Shown piece by piece: positions 41,390-54,213 of a stretch of DNA of 64,000 nucleotides. Origin of the DNA: a plasmid; sequence record NZ_CP041325.1; one strand, given 5' to 3'. The notes beneath the pieces were generated by a model, which saw nothing but the letters and a program-made list of their open reading frames with translations, searched no databases and was not told the origin of the DNA. Position numbers and translations under genes: made by a program. The stretch's first letter is position 1. The number at the start of each line of letters is the position of its first letter.

Positions 41390-42452
41390 AATATATGCCT
41401 GACGTTCAATTTCATTATGGGAAATGCACATACTTCCACCTCCTGCTTTGTATATTCCAGTGAAAGGCCCTCTGGCTTTAAAACTTGATTTAAAATTCTT
41501 TAATTACCTCATTATCTATGCTTGAAGTGGAATTTTTCCATCTCGCGAAGTCTAGTCAGAGGCAAGGTCTATAATTACTTTAGTTTTACCACGTTTCCTA
41601 TTGCTTATCAATTTAAGTTGTTTAATGGAAGTATATACTCATTATGTGATGGAATAGAGGATTCCGACAGATGCTAAATTAGTTTACATATCATGAGTTT
41701 TATCGGAGGTTGCATAAATAGAAAAGGAGAGAAGAGGCCAAACAAAGCACATCTTGTCTCCTTTTCCATTTGATATAGTGTACTTTTACAAACGGTTTCT
41801 TCACCTTAGAAATATTTGAAAAATTTTTATAGAACTTTCAATTTAAAGGTGCTTTCAAACTTTAATATTTATTTTACGAAAACAAAAGTACTTCCAACTA
41901 TATGGAAGTCCTTCGGATGTTACAAATGACTAATTAAGCTTCAAGATATCCTCAATTAAAAATTTAAATTTTGAAAAAGTGAAACTGTTAGAATTAGTGT
42001 AAGCAATGTACCTGCGGAAGTTAAAGTAATTAATTTTTGTTGCTCTGAGTTTTTCAGGTTTTGAAAACTCTTGTATTGCTACGAACCATATAACAATAGA
42101 TATTAAGGCAATAATTCCAATACTCATATCAAACTCTCCTTTCTTATATTAATTTGAATAAGAGATGTTACTATTTAAGAAATTAGATAACTTGATTGTA
42201 TCATATAGTTCCTTATTTGGCAGAGAATTCCTTATTACTATAAGTTCGTTTATAGTAACTTGATTATTTTATTAAAAGAAAAGATAGTTTTAGTACGTTG
42301 ATAGATTTCAAGTTTTTGTTTACATATGAAGGCTTATCGGAAGTCATAAATAAAGAAAAGGGAGATGCTGGCTGAACTGAACCCCAAATGGTAAACACTT
42401 AAAAAAGTGACCCCATTTGGGTTCGGTTCAATACCTAAGCCGCTCCCCATTT

Positions 42453-43563
42453 TTATTCTTTTCTTTTATTGCTGGAATCCATTCTCTTTAAAACGGAACG
42501 CTGCTCTTCCTGGCTAACGTTCATGTACAGTGAGGTGGTTTCGATACTATTATGGCCGAGCTGATCACGTAAAGCGGGAAGGGAGCCGCCTTCGTCCAGA
42601 AAGCCTTTCGAAAAGGAATGGCGAAGTTTGTGAGGGCTAAGACGTTTGCCGTCCATAAATGCTTCCGAATACTTCTTCACAAGCTTTTCGATGCTCTCAA
42701 CCGTAATCGGATTGGCTTTTCCACGGTATTTCGTCAAAAGACAAACTGATTCTTTTATCAGGCTTATAGAGCCAGTCCCGCTCTTCTAAATACTCTTTTA
42801 AGTCCTGCATAGCCGTTTCAGTCACGCTTATGGTATCAAGCTGGTTGCCTTTGCGGAGGGCGGTAATGTCACCATGGACCGTATCAATATCCGCCAACAA
42901 CAGTCCTGCCACTTCATTAACCCGGGCGCCAGAACCCTGTAAAAGCGAAATGATGGCAATGTCGCGCAACCGATTATGCTCGAAACGTGCTGCTGCACGA
43001 GATTCAAGAGTATTCACGTAATCGCGTTTTACAAAGTTAAGAAAATCAGTCATTTGCTTGCCGCTGTACATGCTGGCACTGATCCGTTTGGAGCGGAAGG
43101 CCGTTGATTCCTGCTTTTCGGTGTTTTGATTTTAGCCATTACGTTCCGATAAAAATAACACTCGCCATCATCACTTTCGCTTTCCTGCGTCAAGTAATTA
43201 AAAGCGACTTCAACGATTGAATGAAGCGGTTTGTGCTATCTGCCGATCGCTTAACAAAGACGCCTTCATTTTTCTCGATTTTCTCTTCCATCAGCATTTC
43301 AATGAACAACTCAATGTCTTTCTTCTGAAGCTTCTCCAGGACGGTGTAAGGCACGTCTTTGGTCGTTTCTGCAGTTGCTAATCCTTCTTGCCGCAGCCAG
43401 TCGAAGAAGCGCTTGTAATCATGCAGGTAACCGCTCAAAGTAAGGGAAGAGTAGGATGCCCGCTTTTAGAACGGATGTATTCCACAACATAAAAGGGCAT
43501 ATCTTGAATAGCTTGCTCGATGTGCTGTTCGGCTAAAATGGTTTTTCGCGTTGGTGCAGGCAT
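42453..43563 (-). CDS. tyrosine-type site-specific recombinase/integrase, fragmented into four or more ORF pieces
   Basis: The C-terminal catalytic region is ...LSPHKLRHSFSKGFLDEGGSLPALRDQLGHNSIETTSLYMNV (the HxxR...Y motif). The middle piece is ...LQGSGARVNEVAGLLLADID. The N-terminal SAM-like domain pieces are at 43190..43438 and 43440..43563. Confidence 0.6.
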
Positions 43564-43603
43564 AAAATTCTCCTTACATGTTTAAAGATACTAGAAAAAG
43601 GAA

Positions 43604-43870
43604 TTATAGCTGGTCAACTAAATCGTTGATCGCTTCTTTGGCTAACTTCATTGCCGTTACATTGCTTCTAATTTCGGGATGGGAGTACTCTTGGTAGACC
43701 TTAACTTCATGGGCGTAATTAACGGCTCTTAATGTGATCAAGGTAGTCAAGTCTGAAAAATCAACATCGTCGTTCCAGCCTTGAACTTCAGTTTCAACAA
43801 ACTCGAATCCATCTTCAGTAACTCCGAAACCATATGAATCGTCTAACTCGATAAATTTCCATTCTTTCAT
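43604..43870 (-). CDS. hypothetical acidic 88-aa protein
   Basis: Intact ORF with no family assignment, next to the integrase. Confidence 0.3.
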   Translation of the reverse strand: MKEWKFIELDDSYGFGVTEDGFEFVETEVQGWNDDVDFSDLTTLITLRAVNYAHEVKVYQEYSHPEIRSNVTAMKLAKEAINDLVDQL

Positions 43871-44864
43871 TTGAAATTCCTACTTTCTTGGTTTAATGGT
43901 CAAAGTTGATCAAATTTTACGCTAAATATAATTTTAGCGAAAACTTATGTGGCATACTTTTTACTCATCTTGGTACATAAATACGGTAACACCTACACTA
44001 AACAAGGAAGTACTTGTAATTAGAACTTCGTAAGTATGGCCGCTATATTTATAGACGTTTTTATCGCCCACTTTTAAACCACTAAAGGTTTCTTCAACTT
44101 CATTATTTGCGCTAACAGTCATATCGATAAGGTAAGAATCAGTGTCATTATTTATATTGACGATTGATACATTCAAATCATTAAAGAATACGGCCGAGTC
44201 CTGTTTATCAATGGTTGTTTCAGCAGGTTCTGAAACAAGTTTAATTTCCCCAGAGGAATGCTTGTTTTGTAAAACAGAAAGAGAGTCGAAACTTTTTGGA
44301 GTTCCTCTAATTTTCCTTGTGTTTCTTCAAGTTCTTCTTTTAAATCTTTGTTCTGATCATCAGATTCTATTCGAAGATTTTTCTCGTAGTCTTTCTGATT
44401 CTCTAACCTTTTAATGATTGCTGGCTGCTGTTGCTCCGTTTTCTCTACTCCGTAGTTTACTCCAATTTCAAATACAGCATAAATAGCTGCTACAGCGGCA
44501 AACGTTGCTAAGATTACTTTACCTATATATTTAAAGGTTGGGGTATATTAGCTAGTATTTCTTTTTAGCATCACTTTTCTCAGGGGCGGTACTTTTGTTT
44601 TTCTCGTAGGCATTGCTGTTACGTTGCGTAGCTTTCCTGTGGAAGTCTTTCTCTTCCAAATATTATTTTTCTCTTCATTTTTACTCATTCCACTACCTCA
44701 CCACTTCAAATGTTTTAGCCCACTTCTGGATATTCAATAATTTTACCATATCTGGTTATGCTAATTTTTTCTCAAGTTTTTACTTTTAACAAAGAATAAG
44801 TTTTACCAGGAACATTGTGATGATTTTGTCACCCATCGAAGTGCTCATAATCAAACTCCCTCAT

Positions 44865-45381
44865 TTAAGTAGATTCTTGATATTCTCGGCTGCTCCACTT
44901 TCCGCAATTCATCATTCCTAGAAATATGAATGGGATTTGCTTTTGTGTAACTATGCCATACACTTCCAAACTAATGGATTCCAACTGTGAAAAGTCCAGG
45001 GAAGAATCGGCACTAAACTGATTCAGTCTGGTCATATAATCTTGTATCGACAAATCAAACCAATACGTTGACCCTTTTTCAGTGAATCTATTACCTCGAA
45101 GGGTGACTTGAATACTTCGATCAATCTTTCTAAAGATAATTGTATCATGTTTAAATTTGGGAGCGGCAAGCAGTTCATAATTTTTCTTCCTACATACCTT
45201 TAACGATAAAAGAGGGGAGACAGTGTTTTTGTGTAACTGCCTCACATGTACCTGAAAATAAATGCTCTGCAAGAGCAGCAGCTTGTGACAGGGTTTCACT
45301 TGTTAGATGGCGGTAGTAAACACGTGCTGGATCACTAGAGTATAGTCCTTCATTAGTTTGTTCAGTATTGTTCATTTTCAC
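44865..45381 (-). CDS. hypothetical protein (two overlapping ORF pieces)
   Basis: ORFs 45190..45381 and 44865..45299 overlap in different frames. No family recognised. Confidence 0.25.
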
Positions 45382-46814
45382 ACGATATGCTCTCCCGATA
45401 AAACTCCTTTCAACTGTAGTGGTAGCAAGGAAGTGTAATCTGAGCTGAATTAAAAGGGCTTTCCAATCGAAAGAAAGCCCATTAGATATTATTTTAAGTC
45501 TGCTTTTTCATCTTTCAGGTGTACGCTGAATTGTTCTTCAGATAGGCTTAGCATTAGATTTGTACTAACAACAAATAGTTTTGCTTTTCCACGAGAAATC
45601 TTGCCGATTACGACCGATTGGATGCCTAATTTAGTTCTGACGTATCCGCAATTTCCTTCAACCATCAATTTTCTTGCTTTGCAGACTCTGAACGCTTATT
45701 TCGGGCCTCTTCAAATGTGGCAGTCGATTTTTAAAGAAGCTCCGCGGTGCTTGAACCATTTTTCCATTTTGATACATAACATTAATGGTTTTATTAATTT
45801 TGGGTTACAATACCGAGCAAATTCTCTTGGTTTTCAACAACTTGACCTGTCTGAACTGTCTTGAAAGTTAAAGATTCTGCAGGCGAACAGCTGTAAGTTT
45901 GAAGATTCGGCAGTCCACCAGTCTGCAAAAGCTTTCTTGGCATTCTTTAATAATTCCGCATCGGTAGCACCTGAAACTTGGAAAGATACTGAAGCAAGGT
46001 TAAGCGTTACAGTTTGAAGCGTTTTTCTTTTGTCATTTGAAATTCCCTATCTATGTTAGTTTATTTTAAACTAAATTAGAATTTAGCGTAAAGTTAAAAT
46101 TCAAGCTGGAACTATGAATTCTCCTCTCTCCCTCATTCTCAAATAGCTTTTGTATTTATTCGTTAAATAGGTATTTTGCGAACAAATAAAAGTTCAGATA
46201 GAAAGATAACCGATATACATAGTTATCTTCCCTTCCGCTACACTTTCCAACTTTCCGATAAGCCCTTAGCATGTTTATCTGTTGTGGCTGCCCCATGGCG
46301 ATTCCTGAATTTTATCTTTTTCAGTAGACAGCTACATTCTTCTAAAATTCACTTAGAATCTGCGTTGCCCAGTAATAGAACCAGCCCAATCCTGCAGACA
46401 CAATTCCAATCCGCACCATGAAAAAGGCATTCTCATAACCTTTAGCATTCCGCCTACCAGCAAAGGAAGCAATAGACAATCTGCCGCCAATATCCCCATA
46501 AACAACGCCATTCGGTCAATGACACTCGTATCTACTTGAGAAAAATCTATTTGCATCTTTTTCATGCCTCCCGCTTATTTCTAACGGTAGGCGCATTCCA
46601 TTTGTTTAGCTATCTTTGTGTTGAGATTACGGTGTTTTGTAGCGTTTTGGTAAGGATGAATGAATATTTTAAGCCTTGCAAAACTATTCGGTCTATAGTT
46701 CAAGAGAGCTTCGACTCTCTTTTTCTTAATGAACGATATGCGTGCTGCCGTCTTCCATAATTTGAATCGGCTGATAACTATTCATGAATTCCATTCCTAC
46801 ATAGCCATTAGTAT

Positions 46815-47033
46815 TTAAATCCGATGCCCTTTTATATAGGCCTCTTCATCTGTAATTAACCGATAGAAGAAGCAAATCCCATCTCCGATCTCTGAAGACT
46901 CTTCAAAGACGAATTTCTCTCCATACTTCTCTTCAAAATAATCTCTCGCTTCTTCATGGCTTTTGAATATTGGCAATTCGGCTTCTTCCTGTCTATTAAT
47001 CCCCTGCATTTTCATCATTTTTTCACCCCTCAA
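46815..47033 (-). CDS. hypothetical small protein
   Basis: 72-aa ORF (MMKMQGINRQEEAELPIFKSHEEARDYFEEKYG...) with a plausible RBS. Confidence 0.3.
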   Translation of the reverse strand: MRGEKMMKMQGINRQEEAELPIFKSHEEARDYFEEKYGEKFVFEESSEIGDGICFFYRLITDEEAYIKGHRI

Positions 47034-47382
47034 AATTTGAGTTTATTTTATAAATTGATTCGAAGATACGGCCACTTCATTGAGCAGTTTTCCTGTTCTA
47101 CTACTATTTTATCTCAATTGTTAAATCAAATCACTCTCAGATTGTAAGTGTGCAATTTTTCGCACTTACGAAAGAGGATACCGATTAACGCAGGTCTTCT
47201 CTCTTTGAATTCAACCAACTTCTGAGAAGCCTCATCTGTAAACTTAAAAATAATTTAAATTTCAAAAAATCAGATATTTTAATTGCATTTCTCATAAATT
47301 CGTCATATAGTTTCACAAAGGAAACATTCTATCTTAAAGGAAACTTGTTGAGGGTCTTCCAGACTGAAAAGGAGGAATGTAT

Positions 47383-48661
47383 CATGTTAGAGGTGAAAGC
47401 CAAACCGGTGGAGTCCGAGTACAAATCGTTCGAGGAAATCACCGCTTACCGGAGGCAGCATCACAAAGTACTGGTTTTCTTGGACCTGCTTTCATTGCCG
47501 GCGTCGCTTACATCGATCCGGGGAATTTTGCCACGAACATCACGGCGGGTTCGAAATACGGCTATCTCTTGCTGTGGGTCGTACTGGTATCCAATTTAAT
47601 GGCCATTCTTATTCAATCTTTATCAGCTAAACTAGGCATTGCTACCGGATTGAATCTTCCGGAAGTGTCGCGGGAAAATCTGCCCAAACCGGTATCTTTC
47701 GGTCTATGGATTCAAGGCGAACTGGTCGTCATGGCAACTGATCTGGCCGAATTTATCGGAGCGGCTTTGGGGTTATATCTCTTGTTTGGCATTCCGTTGT
47801 TTCCAGCAGCATTGATCGCTGCTGTCGGTTCTTTGCCATTCTGGAGTTGCAGCGAAGAGGGTGCGCCAGCTGGAAGCCGGGATTGCGGGAATGGTACTGA
47901 TTGTGGTCCTCGCTTTTGGGCTGCAGATGGTTTTGCGCAGCCGGAACCGTCTTCGATTTTCAAGGGGCTGTTCACACCTCAATTCCAAGGCGTGGATAGT
48001 GTCATGTTGGCCGCCGGTATCCTCGGGGCCACTGTTATGCCGCATGCTATCTACCTGCATTCCGCTCTAACGCAAAAACGCGTCATCGGGAAAACGGAAA
48101 TCGAACGGAAACAGATTTTCCGCTATGAATTTTTGATGTGTTGATTGCCATGATCATTGCAGGCGCAGTAAACGCCAGTATGCTGATTGTTGCGGCTTCC
48201 CTTTTCTTCGGCAATGGCCTGCTCGTTGAAGACTTGGATGTAGCTTTCACTCAATTTGGCGAGATCATCGGCCCGTTTTCCGCCATCTTGTTTGGGGTTG
48301 CCTTGCTGGCGTCCGGATTGGCGAGTTCTTCCGTTGGGACAAAACCGGCGACATCATCATGCAGGGGTATATCAAACGCCGAATCCCGCTTTATGTGAGA
48401 AGAGCCATTACGATGATTCCGCCGCTGGCCATTATCGCGTTGGGCGTCAATCCGACAGCTGCGCTGGTGTTAAGCCAAGTCATCCTGTCTTTCGGCATCC
48501 CGTTCGCCTTGGTTCCCCTGATCATTTTCACCAGTAACCGAAAAATCATGGGTAGCTTGGTGAACCATTGGCTAACAAAGTTCCTTGCTTGGGCCATTGC
48601 CTCAGTCATCATTGTCTTGAATCTGTTCCTGCTGTACCAAACGCTCCAGGTGCTATTTTAA
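47383..48661 (+). CDS. mntH: NRAMP-family Mn2+/Fe2+ transporter MntH, about four frame changes
   Basis: ATG 47383 with GGAGGAA RBS. The pieces contain ...GPAFIAGVAYIDPGNFATNITAGSKYGYLLLWVVLVSNLMAILIQSLSAKLGIATG... (NRAMP consensus), ...GILGATVMPHAIYLHSAL... and C-terminal TM segments. Confidence 0.7.
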
Positions 48662-49174
48662 GAAGAACTTCCGTTACTAGAAGCAAAAGAGTAATCCTTT
48701 GTCATCCTTTGTATGGGGAAGGAATTTTCATCAATATGCCATAAAGATGAATTGATTTTAAACAAACCTGTACTACAGTTAAACTTGGGTATGTCCTGTA
48801 TCAGTTTGCAAAGCTTTTGCTGGTATCTCTTCTGATGCAGTTGCCTTGATGAATGTTTCAATAGTTCATCATGAAAAGAGGAGGTAACAACATGACGGGA
48901 AGAAAAACGACCAAAAGGATTGGTCTTCTACTATTGGGTTTCTCTTTTATAGCGGAGCCCTACTCATTTGGTCCATATACGATTTCATAGCAGCGGATCA
49001 GATTGGCTGGCAAATGCCCATTCTCTTTATTGGATTGGCACTTTTCTCTGGTTGAAGGTATACAAGCATCAAAAGAGCGTGAAGGCGTCTCTGGCAGCCA
49101 GACATTAAAGAATATGGATTCAATAAAAGCGCTTCACACTCGAAAATGTGAAGCGCTTTTGCATATTCTTATGA

Positions 49175-49733
49175 TTAAATAGGTTTGATCTGTTCCATGT
49201 AGCTTTGGATGTCTTCTTCCGACATTTCCCCGGTGATGATCTTTTCGATGTTGCCTTCTGCATTCACCAGAAGTGTCGTCGGCAGCGGGATGATGTTATA
49301 AGCTTCCATGACACTCTTGTTCTTATCAATGACAATCGGGAACGTCAAATCACGCTGTTCGGCATATTGCTTCACTTCAAAATCCGATTGCGCGATGTTG
49401 ACGGCCAAAATCTGGACCCCTGGTCCTTGTAGACCTGGTACTGCCTTTCCATCAGCGGAAATTCCTTTTCGCACGGTTTGCACCACGTTCCCCAGAAATT
49501 GACGAATACCCCTGCCCTTTATAGTCAGACAGCTGATGCTCTTCCCCGTTCAAATCCGTCAACTTAAAATCCGGTGCCGGATCTCCCACCTGGAGCACTT
49601 CCCGGTTCTCTTTGGTGGCATTGTTGTAGAGTGTAAACCCGATTGCCCCGGCGAGAACCAGCAAGATGGCGGTTCTCATGAAAAGCGGTTCTTCTTCTTT
49701 GTCGCCAAGCCACATTCCTCCCTTTCTTTTCAT
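49175..49733 (-). CDS. TlpA/ResA-like membrane-anchored thiol-disulfide oxidoreductase (thioredoxin fold), one frameshift
   Basis: N-terminal anchor plus ...[27 protein letters not shown]... The second frame has WCKPC-type context (..[17 protein letters not shown].. on back-translation) and ...[32 protein letters not shown].... Confidence 0.55.
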
Positions 49734-49750
49734 CTATTCCCTCTGTACGG

Positions 49751-50452
49751 TCAGAATCCTGTGAATCCGCCCGTGAACTGCGACAGGTATGCGATGACAT
49801 TCGTCATCATATCAAAATACAGCATGACGCCCATGAGGACCATCAAGCCCCCGCCAATCGACATGAACTGGGCACTCCGTTTTTCAGGAAGGTCATCTTC
49901 TCGATGAAGAACGACATCAAGAGGAACGGAATCGCAAAGCCCAAAACATAAAACAGCATATACAAGAGCCCTCGGCTCGGATCGGCGATGCCCATCGCCA
50001 TGACCGCAGCGAGGATAGGGCCGGTGCACGGCGTCCATCCGGCGGCGAAACCCAGTCCGATTACCACGGAGCCCGTATAGCCCGAAGGCCGCTTCTGAAA
50101 ATGGACTTTCTTATCCGAAAGCAGGAAATCGAATTTCAGGACGCCGGTCAGCACCAAGCCGAAAAACACCATCAAGATGGCGCCCAGCTGGCGCAGCAGG
50201 TCGGCGTTCTCAAAAAGAAAGCACCGATAAACGAAGTTGATAAGCCAAGCGCCAGAAAATGATGGAAAATCCGAATAAAACAGCACGGTATGAATCAGCG
50301 CACTCTTTTCATCGCGCCTTTCCCCGTTTTCAGCTCATTGACCGAGACACCTGTGATGTAGGACAAAAAGCCGGATACAGTGGAAGCGCGCAAGGCGACA
50401 GGAACGATAACAGCCCGGCGCCGAACGCCAGCACTAAACTTACTTCTGCCAT
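49751..50452 (-). CDS. ccdA: cytochrome c-type biogenesis / thiol-disulfide electron transporter CcdA (DsbD core), about three frame changes
   Basis: Minus-strand translation from 50452 gives [34 protein letters not shown].... The later pieces are ...[25 protein letters not shown].... Both conserved Cys are present. Confidence 0.65.
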
Positions 50453-50515
50453 AGAAAGAACTCCTTTTGAATGACGCTCATTTATTTACGTCATCCTATT
50501 GTAGAATACGGTATA

Positions 50516-50950
50516 TTAATTGTTTTTCTTCACAATCAACAGCACCATCGCAATCGTAATCATCAGAAAAGCAATGAGCGCAAGGAACGGAATGGTGATG
50601 AACCCCAGCCAGTTGATGTACTCCGCGCTGCAGGAACCCCACTCACACAGGGACGGATGCCGCCGAATCCTGGAATTTTCTGTTCCATGTAGTGCATGGC
50701 CGAGATGCTGCCGCCGATAAGGGTCAACGGCAGGCGTAACGGAAGCAATCTTCCAATCGTTCTGGAATGTTGCGATCCCTAAAAACACTTCGAGGGGATA
50801 CATGAAGATTCGTTGGAACCAGCACAGGTCACATGGAATGAAGCCTTTGATTTCACTGAAGTACAGGCTGCCGAGCGTTGCCAATAATGAAACGAACCAG
50901 GCTCCATAAAGCCAAAACCACTCTTGTCAGATTGCTTGTGGGTCTCTTCC
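50516..50950 (-). CDS. bdbC: disulfide bond formation protein BdbC (DsbB family), frameshifted
   Basis: ...[30 protein letters not shown]... and the C-terminus ..[17 protein letters not shown]... closely parallel B. subtilis BdbC. The middle section is out of frame. Confidence 0.6.
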
Positions 50951-50951
50951 A

Positions 50952-51633
50952 TCAGTTTGCCTCCGCTAATGCTTCATCGATGAGCGCTTTGATGGCGTCG
51001 TAATCAAACGGATCTTCCAGAGTCTGGCCATTGACGACGATTGTTGGCGTCATCGACACGTCGTGCTCCTCTACCAACGCCTTGTCCGCTTCCACTTTAT
51101 CCATCGTCTCTTGCTTTTCCATGTCCGCTTTCAGCTTTTCTGGATCAATGGCTGGGAATTGAGAAGCCACTTCCAAGGTTTTTCCGGCGTCAGCCAAGCC
51201 CCATCGTGATTTTCAGTCGGCTGTTCCGCAAATAAGGCTTTGTGGAAATCCCAGTAGGATTCCGGTTTTGTTCATAGACCGCTTCGGCTGCCAATGAGCC
51301 CACAACCGATTCATTGCCGTGGAACAGGACATTGATATAGGCGAATTTCACATCGCCCGTGTCGACATAGTCTGCCACCAGCTGCGGGTACACCATTTCT
51401 CCCCACGCTTTACAAGAAGGGCACTTGAAGTCCCCGAATTCCACGATTGTGACTGGTGCATCGCTTTCGCCAAGCGTCGGTTGGCCCGTGATGTCCACTT
51501 TTGCGGTTTCCACGGACGAGGCACTTTGCTGGTTCGTCAAGACCACGATGGCTGCGAGAACCGCGACTGCTGCCAATGTCAGGATTACCGCTAGCTTCAT
51601 CCCCGATTGTTTCTTCTTATTTTTCTGATTCAT
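50952..51633 (-). CDS. bdbD: thiol-disulfide oxidoreductase BdbD (DsbA family), one frameshift near 51190
   Basis: Signal-anchor MNQKNKKKQSGMKLAVILTLAAV.... The active site is in ...VTIVEFGDFKCPSCKAW. The C-terminal piece is ...DVSMTPTIVVNGQ.... Confidence 0.65.
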
Positions 51634-51664
51634 AAAATCCCTCTTTTCTATGGTGATCTATTGA

Positions 51665-52755
51665 TTAAATGCTTGTCATCAATCCCAAGTACATCGCTAA
51701 GACACAACATAAACTCATGACTAGCGAAACGCGTGCCGGCATCTTTTGCTTGAAGCAATACACAACCAGGAAGCCGAACACGGCTGCCACGAGTAAAAAT
51801 AACATACTTAACAGATTAAACCCGAACTGCAAGGTCATGGCCGAATCGATACTTCCGGAATAGAAATAATCGAAGATTTTCGAGGGGCCACTGCTCCGTA
51901 AATAGGTCTCAATGGAATGGGGCGGCTCCTGCTGCCCCAAAACCCCGTCGCAATGAAAATCAGCAGCAAGATAACACTTTCCGCCTTTGCCCAAGGCAGC
52001 GGGTTGATGTTGCTGCCGCGCTGCAGTTTCCGTCGGATCCAAACCCCGTTGATGAGAGCAAAGAGCAGAACCGGCAGAACCATTAAATGCTTCAGCAACA
52101 ACGCTTGCCCATAAGGCATCATCCACGTTTCCTGATATTCCGTCAGTTCGACGGCCAGGGTCATGATGAAGAGGCCGGAAACGATCACCACCGCCAAACA
52201 GCTCAGGGCTACTGGCGTGTACCACTTCAAGAAGGGCAGCCAGTTCTGCTGGGACGTGGAAAACCAGCTGACGACCAGCAACAGGCCGACCCAGACCGTG
52301 ACAGCCGCAAAATGAAGGGTATGGAAAACCAGCCCGCTCCAATCGGTCAGAGAAGCGGAATGGCTCGCCCAGCCTAAGGCGACCAGCAGAACTGCCGTGA
52401 ATGCCAGAGCTGCCGCAATGAAGGCCTTTCGCTCCAATACAGGAATTACAGAAACAAATAGATAGAAAAAGAGCGATACGATAATGGTCAATGTCCAGGC
52501 TTTCCCTACTGCAAATTCTCCGATCACGTTCCGAATCGTCAGCAGCAACCCAATGTCTTCATATAAAAACAGGATCACGCGAACTACGGGTGCAGCAGAC
52601 AACAGGACGATCCCCAGAATCGACACCTGCAGCACCCGTTTGGATAGCTTCAGCGGCGGCTTCAGATGAGGCGGAACCAAATGGATGAGCAACGTTCCGA
52701 TTAGTAGTGAAAAACAAAGATAAAGCAACGCTTCCGTTACGTATACCGCAATCAT
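51665..52755 (-). CDS. copper resistance protein CopD-family membrane protein, frameshifted near the C-terminus
   Basis: 306-aa polytopic ORF 51835..52755 (..HFAAVTVWVGLLLVV..) continues into 51665..(about 51900) in another frame. Confidence 0.6.
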
Positions 52756-53285
52756 CTAGTTCGCCCTTCTCTTCGCCGTCCAGATTAAAGTACCGGCCGC
52801 CACCACGATTAGTGCCATGAGTACCAGCACTAAGGTGTATGAGGATCCCGCTTCTTCTTCTGGTTCTGCCTGCACTTCCTGCACTGTCTGTGTCGGCTCT
52901 TCTGTCACTTTTGGAACATCCGGCACTGCTGTTTCCGCTCCCGTTTTTAAAGTGAACGCATAGGCGCCTTCAATGGGATGGCCATCTGCCCCGATAATAT
53001 TCCAGTTGACTGTGTATTCTCCATCTGCCATTGCAGCCCCGAGCGTCCCAACCATTGTGTCGTTCTCGACTGAGACTCCGAGTGGAATTTCCACTCCCTC
53101 AGCATCTTTACGGTGAAGGAGCTGGCTTTCTCTAACTCGGTATTGAATGCCAGCACCATTTCCTGCAGCTCTTCGGTCACAACCTCCCCTTCAGCGGGTG
53201 TGCTGCTTTCGAGTCCAGTATGAGCAAAAGCGCTTGGTCCAGACAGAAAGAAGACCAATAACGTCAATGCGATAATCTTTTTCAT
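52756..53285 (-). CDS. CopC-domain copper-binding protein with C-terminal membrane anchor, frameshifted
   Basis: Signal peptide, then mature HTGLESSTPAEGEVV... (CopC-type N-terminal His). The second piece is ..GEYTVNWNIIGADGHPIEGAYAF... plus a TM anchor. It lies immediately upstream of copD. Confidence 0.6.
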
Positions 53286-53521
53286 GATTTTGCCTCCTTA
53301 TGCTTAGAAGAAAAGATGTACTATTTAAGTTCGAAGGAGCCTTTCGGTTGTTCACTCCCTGTTCATTCTAACAAGCAAGCTCAAACATTAAAACAACCAT
53401 TTGAATATATAATTGACAATTCAGCGAAAAATTTATACACTTACATTAATCAAACGTTCGTTTGAATGTTTAATTATCAGACGGCTAATAGATAGTGCTG
53501 GTATCCACAAAGGAGTTGGTG

Positions 53522-54137
53522 ATGCTGATAGCCACGATTTTCACAGCGGTTGTCGCTTATGTTGCGACAAGCATTGATTACGTCATTATTTTGCTGATCC
53601 TTTTTCGCAGACGTTGAAAAAGGCCAATTAAGATCCATTGTCATTGGACAATATTTAGGAACTACCATCTTAGTGGGCGTCAGTCTGTTGGCTGCCTACG
53701 GCCTGACACTTGTCCCTCCTCATTGGGTCGGCTTGCTGGGCCTCATTCCCATCTACCTGGGCATCCGGGTCTGGAAACGAGAAGAAGAAGAGGAAGACGA
53801 AGAGAATCTTTTGTCCCGCTTGTCTTCAGGAAAGCCGAACCGTTTGTTTATCACCGTGACAGTCATTACCTTGGCAGCTGGCGGCGATAACATCGGCGTG
53901 TACATACCGTATTTCTCAACCCTGAATCCAAGTGAGACCGTCGTGATGCTGGTCGTCTTCACCATTTTGGTCGCTGTCTTGTGTTACCTCAGTTACCGTT
54001 TGGCATCCATTAAAACAATCTCGGAAACGATCGAGAAATGGGAGCATTGGATTGTCCCCATTGTCTTTATTGGACTCGGCATCTTGATTATGATGGAGAA
54101 CGGAACCTTCCGTTTCCTTTGGGAATTGGTGAGTTAA
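53522..54137 (+). CDS. cadD: CadD-family cadmium resistance transporter, one frameshift near 53610-53640
   Basis: MLIATIFTAVVAYVATSIDYVIILLILF... with GGAG RBS. It continues as ...LGLIPIYLGIRVW...GGDNIGVYIPYF...IVFIGLGILIMMEN, parallel to staphylococcal CadD. Confidence 0.65.
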
Positions 54138-54213
54138 GGTAATTTCCAAAGCTTTGAATGACTAGAGGAAAGTGAACTGCTGGAAGAACGAAACGAAAAA
54201 GGAGTGAAAGAAA

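Noticed and set aside
41440-43600. tRNA gene as integration target next to the tyrosine integrase
   Set aside because: No cloverleaf-like sequence was found by eye on either side (no GTTCGAATC/T-loop-like motifs and no acceptor-stem complementarity). The only structure is a simple hairpin at 42383-42432.
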